DNA of 34,211 bases. It comes from Pseudomonadota bacterium (GTDB taxonomy: Bacteria; Pseudomonadota; Alphaproteobacteria; UBA8366; GCA-2717185). This document shows, piece after piece, positions 26,587 through 33,653 of the stretch. The stretch is taken from assembly GCA_027619655.1 (NCBI GenBank), contig JAQCHR010000002.1, forward strand, positions 1 through 34,211, in the 5' to 3' direction. Within the stretch, counting starts at the first letter, position 1. Every line of letters starts with the position of its first letter. Below the pieces are notes generated by a model. It did not search any database. It had not been told where the DNA came from and saw only the letters and a program-made list of their open reading frames with translations. The translations under genes were made by a program, and so were the position numbers.

Positions 26587-27783
26587 ATGTTACCGCTGGC
26601 AGGCGTGCGGGTGCTCGCCGTTGAACAATATGGCGCGGGCCCCTGGGGCACGCAGTACATGGCCGACATGGGTGCCGAGGTCATCAAGATCGAGAACCCG
26701 AAGGATGGCGGCGACATGAGCCGCAGTGTGGGGCCGTTCTTCATCGATAATGGCGAAAGCAGTTCCGGCAGCCTGTTCTTCCAGAGCATCAACCGCAACA
26801 AGCGCAGCCTGACGCTGGACCTCGGCACGCCGGAAGGGCAAGCGGTGCTGCACGACCTCGTGCCGACCGCTGATGTGCTGGCCTGCAACCTGCGCGGCGA
26901 CGTACCGGAAAAGCTGGGGCTCACCTATGAGACACTGGGTAAGCTCAACCCGCAGATCGTCTGCGCCTTTCTCACGGCCTATGGCCGCGAGGGGCCGCGC
27001 CAGAAATGGCCGGGCTATGACTACCTGATGCAGGCGGAGGCGGGCTATTTCTCGCTGACCGGCGAACCGGAAGGCAACCCGACACGCATGGGCCTGTCCA
27101 TCGTCGACCTGATGACCGGCCTGGGCATGGCCTATACCGCCATATCCGCTGTCCTCGCCGCGCGTGCGACGGGGTTGGGGCGCAATGTCGATGTGAACCT
27201 GTTCGACCTGGCGATGACAAACCTGTCCTATCCCGGCACCTGGTACCTGAACACCGGCCATAACCAGGGACGCGAGCCACGGTCCGGCCACCCGGCCCTG
27301 ACGCCCTGCGCGCAATACAAGACGAAGGACGGCTGGGTTTTCCTGATGTGCAACAAGGAGAAATTCTGGCCGGCCCTGTGCAACGCCATCGGGCGGCCCG
27401 AATGGGGAAGCGACCCGCGCTACCTGACCTTCAAGGACCGGCTGGAGCGCCGCCCGGGAATCCAGGACATGCTGGACGAACAGCTTTCAACGAAGACGAC
27501 CGGGGAATGGCTCAAAATCTTCGCCGGGACGGTCCCCGCAGCGCCGATTCTCGACGTGGCCCAGGCGCTGGAAAACCCGTATGTCACCGGCAATGGCAAG
27601 ATCCAGACGTTGCAGCACCAGAGCGGCCGTGAATTCCGGATGCTCGATGCACCATTCCACGCAGGCGAAGCGACCCCGAACCGGCCGGGCCCGGAACTGG
27701 GCCAGGATACAGATGCGCTGCTGGGAGAACTGGACTACGACGCGCAGAAAATCGCGAAACTGAAGGACGCCAAAATCGTCTGA
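26587..27783 (+). CDS. Family-III (CaiB/BaiF) CoA-transferase
   Basis: 398 aa with AGGAGG upstream. The N-terminus is LAGVRVLAVEQYGAGPWGTQYMADMGAEVIKIENP. The catalytic-Asp context is GLSIVDLMTG. Confidence 0.85.
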   Translation: MLPLAGVRVLAVEQYGAGPWGTQYMADMGAEVIKIENPKDGGDMSRSVGPFFIDNGESSSGSLFFQSINRNKRSLTLDLGTPEGQAVLHDLVPTADVLACNLRGDVPEKLGLTYETLGKLNPQIVCAFLTAYGREGPRQKWPGYDYLMQAEAGYFSLTGEPEGNPTRMGLSIVDLMTGLGMAYTAISAVLAARATGLGRNVDVNLFDLAMTNLSYPGTWYLNTGHNQGREPRSGHPALTPCAQYKTKDGWVFLMCNKEKFWPALCNAIGRPEWGSDPRYLTFKDRLERRPGIQDMLDEQLSTKTTGEWLKIFAGTVPAAPILDVAQALENPYVTGNGKIQTLQHQSGREFRMLDAPFHAGEATPNRPGPELGQDTDALLGELDYDAQKIAKLKDAKIV

Positions 27784-27795
27784 TCGGCGACTCGA

Positions 27796-28584
27796 TTACA
27801 AGGTGGCAAGAAACGCCCACACTTCGGCATTCACGGCACCGGGAAACTCCCAGAACGGAAAACCGCCGCCATCTTTGATCGTCATACGGCGGCAGTCGGG
27901 CAACAGTGCCGAAATCTCGTCAGCGGCCTGAAGGAAATCTGGCAGGTCGTACGCCCCGTTCATGATCAGCACCGGTTTCCGGAACTGGCGCAGGTCATCG
28001 TCCGGCGGCGTTATGGGACCGATAAGCCCGGCGTCCAGCCACGGTGCGCCCTCAAATTCCTCTATGATCTGACGCTGCGCGGCGGCGCGACATTCCTCCG
28101 GCCGATCCCGCATTACGGCGAACCAGCCGCCCTCCTCCCACCAGCGTTTCCGGGCCGCCGCCATGCCCTCATTCCGGGCTGTATCGGCAACCCGGGCCAG
28201 AACATCCGACACTCCCGGCATGGATCGTCCCGGAAAAACCGGTCCTTCGAGAACAAGCGCGGAGAACCGGTCCGGATCATGGACGGCCAGCAACAATCCC
28301 GCCGCCGCGCCGAGATGCGTTCCCCAGAAGACGGCATCCCCGGCACCGGCATCCCGCATCGCGCCGGCGATGCTTTCGGCATATTCCGCGACGCCATAAG
28401 GGCCCGGCATGGCGGACGACAGGCCGTGGCCCGGCAGGTCGATCAACATTAGTCGGTGCGTCGCGCCAAAAACCGGAATCTGCGCTGAAAACGCGCGCCG
28501 GTTCTGTGAAACGCCGTGCACGATGACGAGCCAAGGCGCCTTCGGACCCGCCGTGTCAATGATTTCGAACGCCGCCGCTGGCAT
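27796..28584 (-). CDS. Alpha/beta-hydrolase-fold protein with a non-canonical catalytic triad
   Basis: 262 aa. The fold pattern is WLVIVHGVSQN...LIDLPGHGLS...AVFWGTHLGAAAGLLLAVHDPDRFSALVLEGP. The nucleophile elbow reads G-T-H-L-G (28309-28323) instead of G-x-S-x-G. The start is 6 nt after the ppd stop. Confidence 0.7.
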   Translation of the reverse strand: MPAAAFEIIDTAGPKAPWLVIVHGVSQNRRAFSAQIPVFGATHRLMLIDLPGHGLSSAMPGPYGVAEYAESIAGAMRDAGAGDAVFWGTHLGAAAGLLLAVHDPDRFSALVLEGPVFPGRSMPGVSDVLARVADTARNEGMAAARKRWWEEGGWFAVMRDRPEECRAAAQRQIIEEFEGAPWLDAGLIGPITPPDDDLRQFRKPVLIMNGAYDLPDFLQAADEISALLPDCRRMTIKDGGGFPFWEFPGAVNAEVWAFLATL

Positions 28585-28590
28585 GCCGCG

Positions 28591-29733
28591 TCAGGCTGTC
28601 GAAGCAAGGAAAGCCTTGAAGCGCCGCGCCACCGCATCGGGTGACACGGTCGGACGGCCCAGCTTTTCGAGGCTGCCCGGCTGGATGCGGATATGCACCA
28701 TATGCGGGCCATCGCTCGCGCAGGCCGCCTTCAGGGCCTTTTCGAAGCCACCCAGATCGTCTGCGGAAGCCGCGCTGGCATAGCCGCAGGCCAGCGCGAT
28801 CCTGGCAAAGTCCACGCCGCCGGATACGGTCGCCTGCCCGCCCGTGGAATCATGCACCCCGTTATCGACCAGCACGTGGATCAGGTTCCGGGGCTCCTGC
28901 GCGCCGATGGTCGCCATGTTGCCCATCTTCATCAGGGCGGCGCCATCACCGTCGATCACGACGATGGGCCGGTCCACATTGACGGCGATCCCAAGGCCCA
29001 TTGCGCTGGCGCTGCCCATGGAACCGACCTGGTAGATATGCTGTTTGCGGTCATCGATGGTGAACAGTTCGCGCCCGCTCTTGCCGGTGGTGCAGACGAT
29101 TCCCGCGTTGTCCGGCGTCACCTTGAGCAACCGCTCCAGCGTGTCGCAACGGGTCGGGCGATCGCCGCCTGTCGTATAGTCGTTCAGGTTGTCGCCCGGC
29201 GTCGCCAGCGCCGGCGTTTCCTCCAGCCCCTCCGGCGCCACCGACCCGTTCGCCATGATGAAGGCGTAGGGCAGTTCCGCTGAATCCATATGCGCAAATG
29301 CCCGGTCCAGCGCCGGCGCGATATCCGCGTCCTCGCTGGGGAACGGTTCGTTGGGCACGCCGATATCGTTCAGCAGGACATCGGTAATCTGCCCCATCAG
29401 CACATGCTGCGGTTCGTCCTTCAGCCCCGGCTGACCGCGCCAGGTGACGATCATCAGGGTCGGGATCCTGAACGGATGATTCAGCGAGGTGAGCGGGTTG
29501 ATAGCGTTGCCGAGCCCCGAATTCTGGCAGATCAGCACCGTCTTGCGTCCCGCCAGCCAGGCGCCGGCGGCGATTGCCGTCGCCTCGCCCTCGCTTGCCG
29601 CCGGGACATAGCGGATATCCTTGCGGGTGATGACGCGGTTAATGACCGGCGTCAGGAACGAGCACGGCACGCCCGTATAGAAATCGTACCCGGCGGCCAG
29701 TGCCTGGTCGAGAAACGCATCGGCCTTGATCAT
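28591..29733 (-). CDS. ppd: Phosphonopyruvate decarboxylase (fused ThDP enzyme, sulfopyruvate/phosphonopyruvate decarboxylase family)
   Basis: Track ORF 28591..29784. I place the start at the ATG at 29733, which overlaps the upstream stop (ATGA). The N-terminus is [29 protein letters not shown]. The ThDP-binding motif is [39 protein letters not shown]. It lies immediately downstream of pepM. Confidence 0.85.
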   Translation of the reverse strand: MIKADAFLDQALAAGYDFYTGVPCSFLTPVINRVITRKDIRYVPAASEGEATAIAAGAWLAGRKTVLICQNSGLGNAINPLTSLNHPFRIPTLMIVTWRGQPGLKDEPQHVLMGQITDVLLNDIGVPNEPFPSEDADIAPALDRAFAHMDSAELPYAFIMANGSVAPEGLEETPALATPGDNLNDYTTGGDRPTRCDTLERLLKVTPDNAGIVCTTGKSGRELFTIDDRKQHIYQVGSMGSASAMGLGIAVNVDRPIVVIDGDGAALMKMGNMATIGAQEPRNLIHVLVDNGVHDSTGGQATVSGGVDFARIALACGYASAASADDLGGFEKALKAACASDGPHMVHIRIQPGSLEKLGRPTVSPDAVARRFKAFLASTA

Positions 29734-31391
29734 ACGATGTTCCTCGCCCGGGCGAGGTCCAGCGCGTCGTCGATATCCAGCCACTGGCCGGTGATGTACT
29801 GCACCCGGATAGCATGTCCCGCCGTAACCAGCCTGTTCAGCAGGACCGGCACGTCGCCCTTTTCAAGGCTGCCATCGGCTTCCATCGCCGCCAGTTCGGC
29901 AGCGACGGCTTTGGCGCCTGCCTCGCTCAGCTTCAGCAGCCCGACCCATTCACCGGTCGCCGCGTCAGCGCCGACATCGCGACCCGCGGCCACAAGGCTG
30001 ACCGGCGCATCGTCCAGGTAGTCGGTGGAAAACGCGCGGTCGCCGACCACGAGATCGCGGACAAGCCCTGCTTCGGACTGTTCGCGATCCTGCCACAACG
30101 CATCGGCGACGATGACGATGTCGCCTTCCGCCTTGAGCAGCGCATCGAGCATGTAGTCGCGGAACAGGATGTCGCCATAGGATACCAGCGTCGGCTGGTT
30201 CAGCGCCTTGCGCGCGCAATTCAGCGAGTAGAGCTCGCCCGTTTCCGCGTAGCGGTCATTGTCGACGGTCGCGACGGAGACAAGGTCGATGGCTTCCTTC
30301 TTATAGCCGCGCACGATCGTGACATCGCGGATGCCGGCGCCGTTCAGCATGGACAGCTGGCGGCGCAGCACGGGCTGCCCCCTTACATCGACCATGCATT
30401 TCGGGCGATCGTCAGTCAGGGCGCCCAATCGTTTGCCGCGCGATGCCGCCAGCACAACCGCGCCGTAACCCGCGCCCCGCTTTGGCAAATAGCGCGCCTC
30501 GGCCGCCGCCAGTTCGTCATTGCCGGTGATCTTGAAGACCTCACCCACCGTCGGGATGGTATCTTCCACATCGGCGAGGGTTTCGGTGTGGAAGATCGTT
30601 TCGCTGATATGCCGCATCGCCTGCATTGCGGCGCGCATGTTGTGATTGGCCCAGATGACCAGCGAAATATCGTGGTCGCGGAATTGCTGGGTCGGCGTCG
30701 CGTAATACATGGTCGGCACGATCACGACCGGGCAGCGGTTGCCCCACTCCTTGCAGAAGGCAAAGATTTCATCCGGTTCCGCGATCTTGGAATGAATCAG
30801 GACGGCATCGGCGCCGGCGGCATGATACGCCTCGCCGCGGCGCAGCGCCTCATCCACGCCCCAGCCGGCGATCAGTGCCTCGATCCGGGCGATGACGCAG
30901 AAATCATCGTCAAGCTGGCTGTCCTTTCCGGCCTTGATCTTGCCGCAGAACTCGTCGATATCCGCCAGCGGCTGCGCCCGGCCGATAAAGCTGTTTGTCT
31001 TGGGGAACAGCTTGTCCTCGATACAGACGGCGGCGATGCCGCGCTGCGACAACTTGGTCACCAGCCGGCGCATGTTATTGAAATTGCCGTATCCCGTATC
31101 GCCATCGACCAGGATGGGGATCGACGTCGAATCGGACATGAACTCCAGCACTTCCAGGACCTGGGTCCAGGATGCTTCATTATTGTCGCGAACACCCAGC
31201 GCGGCGGAAATACTGAGCCCCGAAGCCCAGACTCCCTTGAAGCCGACCTCCTCCACGATCCGCGCGGACAGGCCGTTATGGGCCTCCATGATAAAGGCCA
31301 TTTCCGGGTCGGTGAGAAGCTGGCGGAAGCGGCTGGTTTTGGATTGCGGCGGCTGCGCGGGTGGCACGATTCGAACAGTATTTGCAGTCAT
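29730..31391 (-). CDS. pepM: Bifunctional phosphoenolpyruvate mutase (N-terminal ~300 aa) / LicC-PntC-type nucleotidyltransferase (C-terminal ~240 aa)
   Basis: 553 aa. The PepM hallmarks are [21 protein letters not shown] and [12 protein letters not shown] (EDK-X5-NS). The C-terminal domain has [23 protein letters not shown] (a G-x-G-x-R-L-like NTP loop) and ends [15 protein letters not shown], as in LicC-like cytidylyltransferases. Confidence 0.9.
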   Translation of the reverse strand: MTANTVRIVPPAQPPQSKTSRFRQLLTDPEMAFIMEAHNGLSARIVEEVGFKGVWASGLSISAALGVRDNNEASWTQVLEVLEFMSDSTSIPILVDGDTGYGNFNNMRRLVTKLSQRGIAAVCIEDKLFPKTNSFIGRAQPLADIDEFCGKIKAGKDSQLDDDFCVIARIEALIAGWGVDEALRRGEAYHAAGADAVLIHSKIAEPDEIFAFCKEWGNRCPVVIVPTMYYATPTQQFRDHDISLVIWANHNMRAAMQAMRHISETIFHTETLADVEDTIPTVGEVFKITGNDELAAAEARYLPKRGAGYGAVVLAASRGKRLGALTDDRPKCMVDVRGQPVLRRQLSMLNGAGIRDVTIVRGYKKEAIDLVSVATVDNDRYAETGELYSLNCARKALNQPTLVSYGDILFRDYMLDALLKAEGDIVIVADALWQDREQSEAGLVRDLVVGDRAFSTDYLDDAPVSLVAAGRDVGADAATGEWVGLLKLSEAGAKAVAAELAAMEADGSLEKGDVPVLLNRLVTAGHAIRVQYITGQWLDIDDALDLARARNIV

Positions 31392-31501
31392 GGTCTAATA
31401 TCTGCTTTCCTAGAGTACCGGGAGGACGTCTCATCGAGATAATCACGCCCGGCAGTGTTAGATCTTGTGACAATAAATACGCGATCCCGGAGAAAATAAA
31501 A
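31392..31501. promoter_or_regulatory. Divergent promoter region between the pepM operon and the second CoA-transferase gene
   Basis: This 110-bp, comparatively AT-rich spacer lies between two divergent start codons. GGAG sits 11 nt upstream of the ATG at 31502. I recognise no specific operator. Confidence 0.3.
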
Positions 31502-32653
31502 ATGGCGCTTTCACATCTCAAGGTTCTCGACCTCACCTCGAATCTGTCCGGGCCGTATTGCGCCATGATCCTGGCGGATCAGGGCGCCGACGTCATCAAG
31601 ATCGAGCGCCCCGAGGTCGGCGATGACATGCGGCTGACGCCACCCTTTATCGGCGGCGAAAGTGCCCCGTTCATGCTGGCGAACCGGAACAAGCGCAGCG
31701 TCATCATCGACCTGAAAACCGCGGCCGGCGTGGCCGATTTCAAGCGGCTTGCGGCCAACGCCGATATCATGATCGAGAATTTCAAGCCCGGCACCGCGGA
31801 ACGCATTGGCATTGGTTACGAAACCATGCATGCCCTGAACCCGCGCCTGATCTACTGCTCGATCTCCGGCTTCGGGCAGACCGGCCCCTATGCGAAACGC
31901 GGCGGTTTCGACCTCATCAGCCAGGCGATGACCGGCCTTGCGGCAATCTGCGGCGACGAGGATGGTCCGCCGCACCGGTTGCCGATTCCCATTACCGACC
32001 TGTGTGCCGGCATGAATGGCGCAATCGGCATACTGACCGCCCTGGCCGCGCGGGAAAAAACCGGCAAAGGGCAACAGGTCGATATCTCGCTATTCGAATC
32101 GGGAATCTCACTTGGTTTCTATGAGGCCGCGTCATATTTCGCCACCGGCCAGGCGCCGGAGAAGCTGGGCCAGCGCCATCGCGGCAGCGCGCCTTACCAG
32201 ATATTCCCCACCGCCGATGGTCATATCGCCATCGGTGCGGCGGCGCAGCGGTTCTGGAGCCTGACCTGCGAGGTCCTGGATTGCGCGGAACTGATCGATG
32301 ACCCTCGCTTCGTCACCAAGGCGGACCGGGTGGCGAACAACAAGGCGCTGGTCGCCATTCTGGCAGAAAGGCTGGTCACGAAAACGACCATGGAATGGTT
32401 CCGATTGCTTGACGCCAGGGGAATTCCCGCCGGCCCCGTCATGAACCATGCGGAACTGTTTGCCGACCCGCAGACGGAAGCGCGCAACATGGTTGTCGAT
32501 ATCGATCACCCGGCGGCGGGCGCAACCCGCGTTTTGGGCACGCCCATCAAACTGTCGGGTACGCCGGGCGGGGTCAAACGGCCTGCGCCGCGGCATGGCG
32601 AACATACGAGCGAAATTCTGGGGGATTCGCCGTCAACAGCGGCAGCGGATTAA
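31502..32653 (+). CDS. Family-III (CaiB/BaiF) CoA-transferase, second copy (distant paralogue)
   Basis: Track ORF 31361..32653; I moved the start to the ATG at 31502. The N-terminus is LKVLDLTSNLSGPYCAMILADQGADVIKIERP. The catalytic-Asp context is PIPITDLCAG. Confidence 0.85.
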   Translation: MALSHLKVLDLTSNLSGPYCAMILADQGADVIKIERPEVGDDMRLTPPFIGGESAPFMLANRNKRSVIIDLKTAAGVADFKRLAANADIMIENFKPGTAERIGIGYETMHALNPRLIYCSISGFGQTGPYAKRGGFDLISQAMTGLAAICGDEDGPPHRLPIPITDLCAGMNGAIGILTALAAREKTGKGQQVDISLFESGISLGFYEAASYFATGQAPEKLGQRHRGSAPYQIFPTADGHIAIGAAAQRFWSLTCEVLDCAELIDDPRFVTKADRVANNKALVAILAERLVTKTTMEWFRLLDARGIPAGPVMNHAELFADPQTEARNMVVDIDHPAAGATRVLGTPIKLSGTPGGVKRPAPRHGEHTSEILGDSPSTAAAD

Positions 32654-33028
32654 CAGGCCTTTTCGCCTTCAAGCGCCTCGCGTAGTTCGGCAATCCTGTA
32701 GGGCTTTTCCAGGAACCCTATCTCCAGCCCCTTGGCGACCCCAAGCGTTTCGGCCATTTTGGCGTAGCGCTTGTTGTAACCGGATGCCACAAGGATATGG
32801 GCGTCGCACCCCCTTGTCCACCAGCCAGGCGACAAGCTCAATGCCGTCAATATCCGGCATGACAATATCAAGGACGATGGCCGTTGGATTGAAGTCATCG
32901 AAAACCGCCATGAATTCCTCGGCATGCGTCGTCACCTTCACGTCATACCCAAGGCCTGCAGCAGTACGGCGAACAATTTCGCCAAGCGCCGGCTGATCGT
33001 CGACAATAAGCAAACGCTTATCGGACAT
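32650..33028 (-). pseudogene. CheY-like single-domain response regulator, frameshifted in a C5 (G5 on the coding strand) run at 32809-32813
   Basis: Track ORFs 32669..33043 and 32650..32925 carry the two halves. They are MSDKRLLIVDDQPALGEIVRR...AIVLDIVMPDIDGIELVAWLVDKG, then (+1 shift) CDAHILVASGYNKRYAKMAETLGVAKGLEIGFLEKPYRIAELREALEG. The span is 379 nt, and deleting one G restores a 125-aa receiver. GAGG lies upstream of the ATG at 33028. Confidence 0.75.
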
Positions 33029-33453
33029 TTTCGTACCTCTCACACTGGGTCAACTACAATCAACCCTGTATTCTCAACAAGAACGTGCATCGATTGCCTG
33101 CGTGTATTCTGAGACACAAGTGTACTATTATTTACTACAATTTACGATAGGTTCGTTGAATCGACCTGCGCCCCTCGACAATCGTCGGAAATTATTAATA
33201 TTTCTAGACCGAATTCGAAAAAATATCGGAAAGCTTCCGGACGGTTTTTTACTGGTAATGCAGTTGGCATTACTTTGATACCGTCCAGACATTAGGCAAA
33301 AATCTTTTACTGACCACCACCTTTTGCGATGGTCGTCAATATCCAAAGGCCCACGTAAGATCACCGTGCCGGCATATTCGATGGACCGGGAGAGCCATCC
33401 GCTTCGTCGCGCAGTGGTCCCGTGCAACAAATTCCAGGGAAAGCGTCCCAGAA

Positions 33454-33561
33454 TTATTGCCGCTTCCTTTTTGCGGTGCTCGACCCATAAGCCAGAGCAA
33501 CGATAAAAGCCAGCGCCGCCCCGCAAACCAGCGCCAGATACATTACTTCACCATCCGTCAT
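33454..33561 (-). CDS. Possible 35-codon single-pass membrane peptide (speculative)
   Basis: It is below the ORF-track size cut-off. GAGGGAG lies 8 nt upstream of the ATG at 33561. The translation is MTDGEVMYLALVCGAALAFIVALAYGSSTAKRKRQ: one hydrophobic helix plus a basic tail. Its GC-rich codons contrast with the AT-rich DNA downstream. Confidence 0.3.
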   Translation of the reverse strand: MTDGEVMYLALVCGAALAFIVALAYGSSTAKRKRQ

Positions 33562-33653
33562 CGCAACATCTCCCTCGTTAGGTGAAAAATGTGCAATCGA
33601 GGTGGCGTGCCCGCTTTGATCTAAATCAAATACATCTCGCGCAACGGCGCAAA

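Noticed and set aside
29730-31391. The PepM-like domain being a catabolic phosphonopyruvate hydrolase, or another isocitrate-lyase-superfamily enzyme (methylisocitrate lyase, carboxy-PEP mutase).
   Set aside because: The full EDK-X5-NS motif, including the Asn, is present. The gene is also translationally coupled to a phosphonopyruvate decarboxylase, which is the arrangement that pulls the mutase reaction in the biosynthetic direction.
27796-31391. The phosphonate cassette as a recently acquired genomic island.
   Set aside because: I see no flanking direct repeats, tRNA, integrase or transposase. I also see no obvious compositional break relative to neighbouring genes. This can only be tested by synteny comparison.
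31361-31501. A 47-codon N-terminal extension of CoA-transferase 2 (track start at 31361).
   Set aside because: The extension overlaps the pepM start region on the opposite strand and has no homology to the CaiB N-terminus. The ATG at 31502, with GGAG upstream, gives the canonical family start.
33128-33526. A 132-aa minus-strand ORF in the AT-rich spacer.
   Set aside because: The translation (…GRFPWNLLHGTTARRSGWLSRSIEYAG…FRIRSRNINNFRRLSRG…) has no domain-like pattern and no SD. Its composition is unlike every supported gene here. It also overlaps the better-supported 35-codon ORF in another frame.
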